From assembly GCA_035084275.1 (NCBI GenBank), contig CM068747.1, positions 1,798,001 through 1,862,000 on the forward strand: 64,000 bases of DNA, read 5' to 3'. The position numbers and the translations under genes were made by a program. Below, piece by piece: positions 51,483 through 61,851 of the stretch; positions within the stretch are counted from its first letter, which is position 1, and the number at the start of each line of letters is the position of its first letter. The notes under the pieces are model-generated. The model was given only the letters and a program-made list of their open reading frames with translations, was not told the DNA's origin and searched no databases. This DNA is from Hydrolagus colliei. Taxonomy: Eukaryota.

Positions 51483-51941
51483 TTACAATTAGTATGCAGC
51501 AGTAAGTTTGAACATTAAATCGAATGTAACAATTCTAGATTGGTTTCACATTTTAAAAAATGTATTTACGCTATTGATAAATAATATGTACAGTATTCAT
51601 AAAATGTGACTGAAATATACAAGAGCAACAATTTTAGTTGTTGCAACAGGCAGAGTGAGGGGCCAAGCAGGGTAGAAGTTTCTGGAATGAGGAAGAACAA
51701 CAGCAGCAAAATTACATTAATAGAGCACCTTTCACGTCAGGAGGACGTCCAAAGCTCTGAACAGATAGGGGTCAGGACCTGAGCATGGCGGAGGGGGCTG
51801 CAGGGTTGGTATGAGGAAGGGCAGCAAGGTCGGAGGGCGGCTGAAGGCACAATCAAAAAGATTGTAGATGGGCTGGTAACTGGAAAGCAGGAGGAAGAGG
51901 AGGGTAGTGACTGAAAGCTATTATAAAATACATTTCCTTAC

Positions 51942-52049
51942 CTTTTAATATCAGTTATGAGTTTATTTTTTTCTTGTACCACCCGTTTGTGATGCATTCT
52001 ATGAAAATCACGTTCTTTCCTAAGTTTTATTAATATTTCACCAGCTTTA
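51942..52049 (-). CDS. SPAG16: SPAG16 exon 6 (KAGEILIKLRKERDFHRMHHKRVVQEKNKLITDIK), 108 nt
   Basis: Acceptor tttgtatgcag, donor AG|GTAAGG; signature KERDFHRMHHKR. Confidence 0.96.
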
Positions 52050-52172
52050 CTGCATACAAACAAATAGGTTGGAATTAATCACAAAAACATTGAGAATAAT
52101 TTGCACATGTATTATTCCTTGTGAAACTGATGCTTGGGATTTTTTGACTAGAAAACATTATTTTATACATAC

Positions 52173-52310
52173 TGGGAAGCTGCCTTGTAATTTTCTAATT
52201 CTTTCTTCAAACATGCGATCCTATTGTCTAGAAGCTGGTTGTGAGTATAAATATCAGGAACAAATCCCATATCCTCAACGTTCAAAATGCCTCTTTGCAG
52301 CATTTCATAC
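52173..52310 (-). CDS. SPAG16: SPAG16 exon 5 (YEMLQRGILNVEDMGFVPDIYTHNQLLDNRIACLKKELENYKAAS), 138 nt
   Basis: Acceptor ttgtatcag, donor GTATGT, phase 2/2. Confidence 0.95.
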
Positions 52311-52554
52311 CTGATACAACAAAACAGAATTTATTATACTTAAACAGACCTCATTAAACTAAATTTTTAACCAAACAAAATCCTAAAATAATTCCAATAT
52401 ATGTGATTTTATTTCATCCCAATGACCTATTTCTTCACTTCACTACTGTCTTTCTTTAAATCCTCTTTCTTATAACTGCTACTTACTTCTGCATAGCTTT
52501 ATTTAAAAAAAGGCAAAATCAGTTTATTAAGACATGGAAAAACAAGAAAAGCAG

Positions 52555-52691
52555 TACAAAATGCAAAATACTGCAGATGCTGGAAATCTGAAACATACAC
52601 AGAAGTTGCTGGGAAAACTCAGCAGGTCAGGCAGCATCCATGGAGAAAAGAAAGTAAGTCAACGTTTCGCGCCCACGACCCTTCGTCAGAA
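52555..52691 (-). mobile_element. Penelope-like terminal-repeat fragment, hammerhead core with damaged stem II
   Basis: Minus strand reads CTGACGAAGGGTCGTGGGCGCGAAACGTTGACT...GATGCTGCCTGACCTGCTGAGTTTTCCCAGCA...CAGATTTCCAGCATCTGCAGTA. Confidence 0.7.
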
Positions 52692-52875
52692 GAAAAGCAA
52701 TACCACTGGAAATTATGGCTTCACTTTCCTTACAGTAGTAAAGCAAGTATTAACAACACTGATAACAACAACAAAATTACATTTGTTTAGCACCTTTCAA
52801 GTCAGGAGGACGTTCCAATTAATTCAATTCATGTCTTGTTTATACTGCTGGAACCAAAGTAGTGTTACTACCAAC

Positions 52876-53012
52876 ACAAAATACAAAATACTACAAATGC
52901 TGGAAATCTGAAACAAAAACAGAAGTTGCTGGGAAAACGCAGCAGGTCAGGCAGCATCCATGGAGAAAGAAAAGTGAGTCAACATTTCGGGTCCACAACA
53001 CTTTGTCAGAAC
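52876..53012 (-). mobile_element. Second Penelope-like terminal-repeat fragment, hammerhead core decayed
   Basis: Direct repeat of 52555-52691; core reads CTGACAAAGTGTTGTGGACCCGAAATGTTGACT. Confidence 0.7.
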
Positions 53013-53692
53013 TACCAAGTTGTTATTACCAAGTTGGCCAATTTATGTTCAGTAATATTCCATGTCATTCTATGTACAAATCCCAGCTGAATAAGTAGTG
53101 GAAAGATTGTACTGACAAGCCTTTAGCTAGTGCAATTGCAGCATTACCCCAATGTACACTTTAGGGTCCCTAATGGCTTAGATTTTGCAATATGTCTACG
53201 TGGATCTCTAGACATACACCTCAAAGGAGATCCTGCATTAAACATTCTAGAACTGACAGGCTTCTGTGTCTGTGTGTTTAGTTGTTAAATCCAAATACTC
53301 CACGGAGGTTGCTAAACATGTCAAAACAACTCACAAAAACAAACTTTACACATATATAATATGCTCTGAAATTTGCCAATTAAACTATAAATGAGATTTG
53401 TGCGTTTTGCTTTTCATATCAGAGAAAGAACAATTAAAGAATTAATGCATCTTGAAAAAATATTGCGTCAAATCAACTACGTTCCTGTCTACACAATATA
53501 ATAATACTTGCATGTCGAGATGTCTCAGGAGCACTTTTCGTGATATATTGGAAAGTGGATTGACTATTTTGTAGGTTTCACTACACTTTACAGTATATAC
53601 TGTGATGTTCTTTGAAACATCCTCCTAATGTAAGGCGCTACATAAATTTTACGATGATTTTTATCTATTATTATGATCACTCATGCGTTTAC

Positions 53693-53820
53693 CATTCCGT
53701 TTGAAAACAATCAAGAGTCTTCATCATTCCCATCTTAATAAGAAAATTTCTCAGAAAATCATCAACTACTTCTGGTCTATGGGACAAAGTCGGTTTCAAA
53801 ATCAATTCAGCCTGCTGGGT
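53693..53820 (-). CDS. SPAG16: SPAG16 exon 4 (TQQAELILKPTLSHRPEVVDDFLRNFLIKMGMMKTLDCFQTE-W), 128 nt
   Basis: Acceptor tttttctctctgttgcag, donor TG|GTAAAC; LisH-like conserved block. Confidence 0.95.
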
Positions 53821-54350
53821 CTGCAACAGAGAGAAAAATCATGTCAACACACTGCCCATTAGAAACTACTTTCTAAACTTTGAAATATAGTTCTTCTAAC
53901 TTCCAATTCTTACATATAGCATTATTTTCTTCTCCTTCTAAAAAGAATTTGTGTTTTTACACTCCCTAAAACTAAATCATCATTGCCTCATTGATACAGC
54001 AATAATGAATTGTACAAAAAACAGACTTCCTGCTCTACCATCCCAATATCTAATTCATTAAGCAATTCAATATTCCAGACACACAACGATTCCCTTTGTA
54101 TGAGTTATATTATCAATTTGGTGAGTTACACCATTATTGAGATGTCTGTTCCAAATACTGTATTATATCACCTTTCTCTTCTATAACATTTTGTGTACCA
54201 ACCTGCAAACCAAGTCAGGAAATTGCCACCAGCTACCAAAATAAATACCCACAGAAGCTAACCCAAATCACAATCACTTGATAAAACACTTGATTTCTAC
54301 AAGCTGATCTGGTCAAATTCTGGTTAGCACCATCAGTAAAATATTCTTAC

Positions 54351-54449
54351 AGCTGCTTTGATATCTTCATTCTGCTCTTCTACAGATTTTATTGTGAACT
54401 GAAAATCTTCATCTTCAGCAAGAAATTCCAATTCATCATCAGGAGGAAT
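54351..54449 (-). CDS. SPAG16: SPAG16 exon 3 (IPPDDELEFLAEDEDFQFTIKSVEEQNEDIKAA), 99 nt
   Basis: Acceptor catacag, donor GTAAGA, phase 0/0, open frame. Confidence 0.92.
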
Positions 54450-55206
54450 CTGTATGTTTTTAGAAAAATATTATTTGAAAAAGGTTATTACAGTACCACC
54501 AATTGAGTGCTTTCTGATGTATGTTTTTCCGGACTTTTGTATACTCAGTCTTAGAAATTTTCAAAATTTGTGATGTCTATCTAAGTAAATCCTTCCAACA
54601 TGTTATTGTACTTTTCTTCTTTCACAGAAAAGCCAAATTATTCAGTCTTTGACTAACTGTTAAGAAACTTTATTTCAACTTTTCATTTAGTGTTATCTTA
54701 AAAAACTTATATGTTTCCCAGAATTACCAGTACAGTATATTAATAACAATTAACAAAATATTCTCTGTGTCACTCCATTTGGATGTATGTGCATAAAAAT
54801 AGGATTAACAATTTACAAGCTATAAATTTTATTATGAATTTTGTAAAGCAATATTTGTAAGCTTTGCAATGTGGTACTAATGCACTAAATCCAGTTTGTG
54901 AATGTCATAATGACCACAATAAGAGTGAGGATAAAGATCTGAAAGTATCAAAAAAGAAAATACCTTTAAACTAAGGTAAGCAAACTAAGCAATGGTAAGG
55001 ATAGCGATACCACTGCATTACATATTGCATTAAAAAAAACCTTCACAGCTTTTGGGAGTTTACAGAAGCGAGATTCATACACTGTAGATGGCCGCGTTAG
55101 GCTACGCTTGTTTTATATTATTGTTAAACACATTGCATTTAAACAAAAAAATCAGTAGGATGAATCTGTGCGCTGAATATCTAAATGGATCAAAAATGTA
55201 CCATAC

Positions 55207-55253
55207 CTCTTCATATTGGAAATCATCCTCGGAATCTTCTATAATGCTAACCT
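55207..55253 (-). CDS. SPAG16: SPAG16 exon 2 (Q-VSIIEDSEDDFQYEE), 47 nt
   Basis: U12 branch site TTCCTTGAC then CAG acceptor; donor GAG|GTATGG. Confidence 0.93.
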
Positions 55254-57555
55254 CTGGATTCTTTAGGTCAAGGAAAAAAATCATGCACCATTTACCAACA
55301 GTAATGCATTACTGGTGATAAGGACAGGATGCAGGAAAATGTTGCCGGGCTGCTAACTGACTTCTTTCAATTAAACTTAATAAAATATTACAGTATTTGG
55401 AAGTATGCTGAAGACTAATGTACTTGCTGACTCAAATAATAATAATAATCCTTGCATTTGATATAATGCCTTAACACGTCTTCGAGACGTCTCAAAAGGG
55501 TTGCACAGCATATACTGTACTATAAAGTAAAATGACTACGGTATATATTATTTAGACAAACAAATTGTTTCCTCAAAAATATATTTTAGATGTTAATCAT
55601 TCACTCATTCTCTGGCAGTCAACATTTCACAACAATATTCTTGGAACCCAAAATACTTTGATGAAGTTGTCACAGATTGAAACATACCTATTAGGTATGA
55701 CAAGATAAAATAAAACAATGCTGCTGTTCTTTTTCCCTGGTTAGTACCGAGCCCAATATCAAATAACTAAAAAAAAATCCTACTCAATTCCTACACTTAA
55801 GACTTTTATAAAGAATCTGCCTGCTCTGCCTCTGTAAATCCTCCTTCCACCTTCCCTCGCTGCTTCAAAATCCCATGGGATTGTTGAAAGCAGCCTTATT
55901 TCAACACATATAAGCACCAACCAGTGGTTTAAAACCAATAACAACAACTTGCAATATGAAAAGTCCCTCTTACATGGGAGTAGCGCCCCGGGACACTTGG
56001 TCAATCTTTGATCAACAATCCGTGCTTGCATTTGACACTTGGCGTCAAGACTTCTCAAAGTGCTTCAAACCGGGATTTAAGGGTGGAGTGCCGACTGCGT
56101 TTTTGTAGGTGAAGCCAGGGACCCGTCTACCCATGGCAAACATTCATCCCCCACACCCCCAACCCCCCACCAAACGGAGTTTAAATGGACAATCTCAAGC
56201 ACTGTGTGAGGGGCGCTGTGCAAATAAATGCAAGTTGTTGCTGATTTTAGCGGTAAAGTGTAGACTGGAGGAATATGTATGTGTGGGGGGAGTGGGAGGG
56301 GAGGTGGCACTGATTTGGGGATGGGGTAGGGGGGGGAGAGGAAGGGGTGGGTGGGGGTGGAGGTGGCGCTGATTTGGGGATGGGGTAGAGGGGGGAGAGG
56401 GAAGGGTGGGTGTTGGTGGGGAGAGGGAGGGGTGGATGGGGTGGGGGGAGAGGGGGTTAGGGAGGGGTGGGAGGGTAAGGGGAGAGGGAGGGGTGGGAGG
56501 GTGAGGGGAGAAGGGAGGGTGGGTGGGGGGTAGGGAGGGGTGGGAGGGTAAGGGGAGAGGGAGGGGTGGGTGGGGGGTAGGGAGAGGGAGGGGTGGGTGG
56601 GGGGTAGGGAGGGGTGGATGGGGTGGGGGGGGGGGTAGGGAGGTGGGAGGGTAAGGGGAGAGGGAGGGGTGGGTGGGGTGGGGGGTAGGGAGGGGTGGAT
56701 GGGGTGGGGGGAGATGGAGGGGGGGGGTAGGGAGGTGGGAGGGTAAGGGGAGAGGGAGGGGTGGGTGGGGTAGGGGGTAGGGAGGGGTGGATGGGGGGGT
56801 AGAGGGAGGGGTGGGTGGGGTGGGGGGTAGAGGGAGGGGTGGGTGGGGTGGGGGGTAGAGGGAGGGGTGGATGGGGTGGGGGGAGATGGAGGGGGGGAGG
56901 GGGGGGGGGGGGGGGGTTGGCGCTGATGTGGAAAGGAACCCGAGAGGTGTTAGCGCCCTCCCAGCTGCTGGAATGGTCGACGCGCACATTCCTAACGGAA
57001 CCGTGTTCCAACGGTTCGAGGGAAACATCTGGAAGCCGCCAGATGCTTTAGGCAGCTCCGGGAGGGGGGTGAGGAGCGAGGGTGGGTGAGGGGTGAGGGA
57101 GGGGTGGGGGTGGGGGGGGGGGGGGGGGAAGTGGCGCCGGAGAGGGAAACCTAAGCGCCCTAGACCACAAGCCAAGGCAACCACAGACACACACACCCCT
57201 CCCCCCCCCCCCGCCCCCTCCTCCACCAGCAAGAAACGGTCAACCGAGTTCAACAAAAGCCCCAAAAGAGGTAAGAAGAAGAGGTTTGGAGGGTGGGGAG
57301 GGAGGGAGGGAGGGAGGGAAGGAGTGGAGAGGGAGGGGGAGGGAATAAGAAGTTAAGAGAAGGGTTAAGAAAGTGACTGGATTTTTGACATCATTGAACA
57401 AAAAAAAAGTGACAGCAAAAAGGGGCGAGGCGGACGCCTTCCCTCCCCCCTCCCTCTTTCTCTCTCTCTCTCTCTCTCTCATATATACACACGCATAACT
57501 TTTGTCAAGCGGGCTGTGAGGTAGCGTTGTCTGTGTGTGTGAGTGTAAAGGATAC
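55254..57555 (-). other. U12-type (minor spliceosome) GT-AG intron 1 of SPAG16
   Basis: 5' site GTATCCTTT at 57555-57547; branch site TTTTCCTTGAC with branch A at 55268, 14 nt from the AG; no polypyrimidine tract between them. Confidence 0.93.
56281..57135 (+). repeat. G-rich low-complexity minisatellite-like tract in SPAG16 intron 1
   Basis: Hundreds of bases of GGGAGGGGTGGG / GGGGTAGGG units with very few C or T, interrupted by unique sequence at about 56917-57060. Confidence 0.95.
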
Positions 57556-57595
57556 GCTCCAAGTAGTAGGTGCCATCGTCCTGCTCAGCCGCCAT
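57556..57595 (-). CDS. SPAG16: SPAG16 exon 1 coding part (MAAEQDDGTYYLE-Q), 40 nt
   Basis: ATG in strong Kozak context ACCATGG; YYLEQ motif; followed by U12 donor GTATCCTTT, phase 1. Confidence 0.92.
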
Positions 57596-58130
57596 GGTAG
57601 TGTTTATGCCGGTGGCTGCTGCTGTTGTTGTTGTCGTCGTTGCTGCTGCACGCGAGCCGTTACCATTGACTCCCAGGCAACTCTCGCTCTCTCCGTCTGT
57701 CTGTCAGTCTAGCGTGTTTGGTTCTCGCGAGACTTTCCTCACAGCCCGCCCAGGAGGGCGTCCCGTTGCCATTGACTCCCAAGCAACTCTCGCTCTCTCT
57801 CTCTCTCTCTCTCTGTGTGTCTGTCTCTCTGTCTGTGTGTTTGGTTCCCTGACGAAGGGTTGTAGACCCGAAACGTTGACTCCTTTTCCTTTCTCCATGG
57901 ATGCTGTTTGGCCTGCTGAGTTTCCCCAGCCACTTTTGTTTTTGTTTCTCTGTCTCTTGTCTATCTGTCAGTTGGGTTCTCGCGAGACTTTCCTAACTTC
58001 CCGCCCTTTCCCCTTGCCCAGGAGGCGTCCCGTCGCCGTGGAAACCGCCCCCCTCCCTTCTCTCCCCTCTCTCCATGGCGAGGAAAGGCGGACGATAATT
58101 CCTGTCAGCCGTTTCAGTCGATCTATTTGA
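57596..58130. promoter_or_regulatory. CpG-rich SPAG16 promoter/5'UTR with RFX X-boxes and two TCTCGCGAGA motifs
   Basis: X-box GTCGCCGTGGAAAC 58032-58045; GTT(A/G)CCATTGAC...GCAAC at 57659-57681 and 57765-57787; TCTCGCGAGA at 57723-57732 and 57978-57987; CpG density far above the rest of the window. Confidence 0.8.
57847..57950 (+). mobile_element. Penelope-like element terminal-repeat fragment with minimal hammerhead ribozyme core
   Basis: CTGACGA-A-GGGT(TGTAG)ACCC-GAAACGTT at 57849-57877, then CTCCATGGATGCTG..CCTGCTGAGTTT.CCCAGC, homologous to the copies at 52555-53012. Confidence 0.7.
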
Positions 58131-58490
58131 TTCCTCTACCCTTTGTTTTGTGTCTTGATTCTTAAAGGCAGTGATTGATTTTTTTTTGAGGGAGGGGGGG
58201 GGGGGGGGGGCAGAAGGGAGTGTTTGTTTTGTTAAAAAAAAGTTTTAAGTTATTATATGTTGTCGTTATTATTATTATTGTTTATAATAATGTGGTGGCA
58301 ATGCCGGCTGGGCTGCGATCTGTCTCGGTTCACGCTGTGGGAAAAGGAAGGGGAGGGAGGCTGAGGAGGAGGAGGAGAAGAAGAAGAAGAAGATGGCTTT
58401 AGCGGTGAGGAGAAAAAAAAGTGGATTTATTTAGTGTTTTTTTTATTTTTTTTAAAAAATGTAAACGTGTTTATACGCTGGGCGTTAATC

Positions 58491-58513
58491 AGAGAGAGAG
58501 AGAGAGAGAGAGA
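58491..58513. repeat. (AG)n microsatellite
   Basis: Direct reading. Others: (TA)n 1303-1321, (CT)n about 57459-57480 and 57793-57814, (GCT/GTT)n 57615-57648. Confidence 0.95.
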
Positions 58514-59524
58514 ATGAAACTAGTACTGCAAAAGGTACGGTAAGTTTACTTTTCCATTTGCTGTTGTGTGTGTGTGTGTTCAACTTGGTATCATTGTGTT
58601 ATCAAATGGGAGAGAGGATTGTGTGTGTTGTATAGTGTGTGTGTGAATGTGTGTGAATGAAATGGGTTTTGCAAATGTGGTCAGAGGTTCAGTATTTACC
58701 AGCCAAGATTCTAGGCCTCATTTACATTTTTTTTTAAAAAAATCCCAAACTTAAAAATAATAATAAAACTTGACAGGAGATTTAACATTTCTCGCCCGCC
58801 TCCTCATAAAACTCTTACTGGATTTACACATCAGACCGTGTCTTATTTTTCATTTCAGTTCACCCCAATTCTGAAATATAAGTTTGAATTGTCATGTCGC
58901 ATACTTATAATAAATAATAATAATAATACTAATCATCCTTGCATTTGATACAGCGCTTTATCGTGTCTCTGAGACGTCTCAAAGCACTTCGCGGAATATA
59001 CTGTAAAGTGAATTGACTGTATTTTGTGGGTGACACTTGCAGCCAATGAGGCACATTCTGGGTTTTTATTTCAGTGACAGACCCAGCAAGAAACTTAAAA
59101 GTGATGACTGAGTCTGTGAAACCCCGTAATGTCATTTATCGCATTTAAAATCATGGACTAAAATGTTATGTTTTGGTAAATTTGCCCAACCTGTAAGTAT
59201 TTTCACAGACTTTCTCAGTGATTACTAAGTGTGGGAAATAGGACACTGCTGCTTTCCCCTTTAAATGATGGACGAATAACCCATTCTACCATATGGTTAT
59301 GGAAACAATCAGATACAAAAATGTATAATACTGTTTATTTGGTTACATTTTAATATGTGTTTGATTACATACTTGTCTTTGTATAACAGCCATAACTCCC
59401 AAATAAACCTTGCATTTCATGTAACAGCCAACAACAACAACAAAATTACACTTGTAGAGCGCCTTTCACGTCGGGAGGACGTCCCAAGGCACCGAACAGT
59501 CAGGGGTCAGGACCCGTATGTGAT

Positions 59525-59942
59525 AAGATAACATTTTATCACATCGTTGAGACATCTCAAAGTTCTTCACATGATCTTCCTATGTAGTGACAATTATTTG
59601 TAGGCAAAAATGGCAGGCATTTTGCGTACAGCAATGTCCCACAAATAGCCGTGAAGTGAATAACCAACATTATCTGGGGGATTGTTGACCAGGACACCGG
59701 GAAAAACTGTCTTCTCTTTTCAAGTAGTACCATAGTTTGTTTTAAGAGCCATCTGAAGAGACAGGACAGAAGAGGCAGATGATATCTTCGTTTAACATCT
59801 CATTTGAAAGATGGCACCTCTGAGAATGCAGTTCTCCGCGAAACTACATTGGCGTGTCAGCAAAGACTGAGTTGAAAGTCCTGAAGTGGGGGTTGAACCC
59901 ACAACTCTCTGACTCAGAGGCATGAGTGCTTCCAAGCTCACA
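59525..59942 (-). mobile_element. Older Deu-domain SINE (SacSINE1/AmnSINE1-like)
   Basis: Minus strand: gcctctgagtcagagagttgtgggttcaacccccac head, then gaggtgccatctttcaaatgagatgttaaacg...cccggtgtcctggtcaaca, resembling the Deu domain as I recall it. Similar decayed copies at about 6480-6750 and 47940-48160. Confidence 0.7.
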
Positions 59943-61754
59943 GATACGATAGATAAATAAATGCAAAATAAAAAGTGATGGACAGTTTCTTCAGTAAAAT
60001 AATATATATGTGGAACATACTACCAGTGTAGGTGGTAGAACAAAAACATCTCAAAAAGAACCAAGATACTGTTCTGGGAATTGGAAGGATTCAGGATAAT
60101 AATCCTTTATTTTTGTATTTCATCTAGTGCCTTCTCTTATCATCCGAACATCTCAGTGTGGTCTGTGTATTTGTCTGGAGGATTGTTGTTTAGGACATTG
60201 GGAGAAATTCCCTTCTATTTTCTGTCTCATTCAAAGTTCAGTGTTTTTGGTGACGCAAAGCTCCCCTATATTATTAGGTGCTGCCGAGATAGATACTTTG
60301 AAGGAATTTTTGGGGAAGTTGGGTAACTAAATGACTCGTTGGTTCACTCCTGCCAGAAACGTATGTTATAGAAGAGATGTTTGTGATATGTAATATAATT
60401 GTAGACATTGAATTGTAAATAAGTTCAATAAAGAAAATATCCACAGAGTAACTTCTCGTGTTTTGTTTTCTTAACGTTCGTCCCACCTTCACCTTGCATT
60501 AAATATTTATAAAATTCTGCTGTGCAAATTTAATCCAGCAAAAGGAGCACTTTCTTTTTTAATCCACAGAGAGGCAGTGTTCTCTATAACCAATGTACAG
60601 TACTCATAATCATTAATAGGTGTGTAGTTAATAGAGGTAAATGACTACTGCTATATCATTTCTCTTATTTGTTTGAATTATATAAGAATTTAATTTAAAT
60701 CTACATGATTGCCAAATAATTTCAACTGCAAGACTTTATCTTGCATCAATGTAAACTGAAGATTAATGCTGAATGCAACTAATTATTATTATATATGAAT
60801 GCAAATAGAATATAAATAAGTGATGTTTCTAAAAAAAATTAAACGTGCATGTGTGTCAAACATTTTTTAATCGTTTGCTATCGAATGAGTTTCAAGATGC
60901 ATTGATTTTCCCAGAAAGTTGAAAGAACTTTGCATGGACTCCTTTCTGTTGATTCTGCTGAAGAGTACATGATCGCTTTTTTTAATCTGAATCCTGATCA
61001 AAGAAATGAGTCATATTCACAAAACGGCCGCCTGACAGTCATTTGCCAATACTGTACTAAATCATTAGCCGGAAAGCTCTACCTTACTTTTAAAAAAATG
61101 ACAATGACAACCAGCAAGATAATTTTGTGCATCTATAAACAGGAATCAATATAGTTCAACATTTGAAGCTGTCCCTGTCTAGTTTAGATCCCGCTGTAAC
61201 ACACACAAAATGTTGGCCAATAGGAGGAAGCTTGCTTCTTTCTCCCCGTGAAGTTTGAAGTTTTTCTCTCCACCTACAAGTTTCCTGTCTTTCGATGTGT
61301 AGATGGGTGATCCGATAGCAATAATGTGCGGCATTTGTTCTGAACTCGATTATGCATCTTTTTTCTCTCTAGATATTGTAACGCTAAATTCCCATTCTTC
61401 GATGCACCTCATTGATTAATCGTGTGGGCGGCCTGAGCGGGTGGTTAAAAGCTTTTCACGTATCCAGTTAATGATCGCAATTTGTATTCCGCTACTGTAT
61501 GTGTTTAAATGTCAAACCTCTATGTATATAAGAGACTGTCTAGGTGTAAGTGATTTCGTCAAATATTCTTAAACAAATAAACTATATGTTAAAACTAAAG
61601 GGAACCCCACAATTGTTCTTTTAAGTAATATATCAGTTTAAAACTAATGCAATGGCACAATACCAAGAAGCTTATATACATGTGGAATAAAGGAAAGCCC
61701 ATGATGTTTATAAATTCTATAAATTATTTTCTAACCATATGCCTAAAACATATT

Positions 61755-61851
61755 AGTCCTGTAGCTTAGCGGTTAGAGCACTTGCCTCGCAAGTGAGAGA
61801 CCTGTGTTCAATTCCTGGCAAGGTAAAATGTTGCAAGTTTCCTTACTCCAT
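61755..61851 (+). mobile_element. SINE head, 3' part absent
   Basis: agtcctgtagcttagcggttagagcac...gttcaattcc...caagtttccttactcc. Confidence 0.85.

Larger units (their letters stand above)
296..57595 (-). other. SPAG16: SPAG16 gene body, coding exons 1-11 (3' part lies beyond the left edge)
   Basis: Eleven exons splice in one frame with matching phases: MAAEQDDGTYYLEQVSIIEDSEDDFQYEEIPPDDE...PEVVDDFLRNFLIKMGMMKTLDCFQTEWYE...RKERDFHRMHHKRVVQEKNKLITDIKRLKKHYASYEPT...DSEFPPD...HELAVSCLALHPRKEILVTGSDDRLWKMW...GHNDWLSGCSFHP. Recognised from memory as collinear with vertebrate SPAG16/PF20. Confidence 0.96.

Noticed and set aside
55102-55284. 60-aa ORF MIFFLDLKNPEVSIIEDSEDDFQYEEVW...
   Set aside because: Only 55207-55253 is coding (exon 2); the rest is intron read-through.
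56195-57265. 356-aa and 184-aa proline-rich ORFs and overlapping glycine-rich ORFs
   Set aside because: Artefacts of the G/C low-complexity tract, which lacks stop codons; they lie within SPAG16 intron 1.
57527-58130. 186-aa and shorter ORFs across the promoter
   Set aside because: Composed of microsatellite, duplicated promoter units and Penelope sequence; no protein-like signal.
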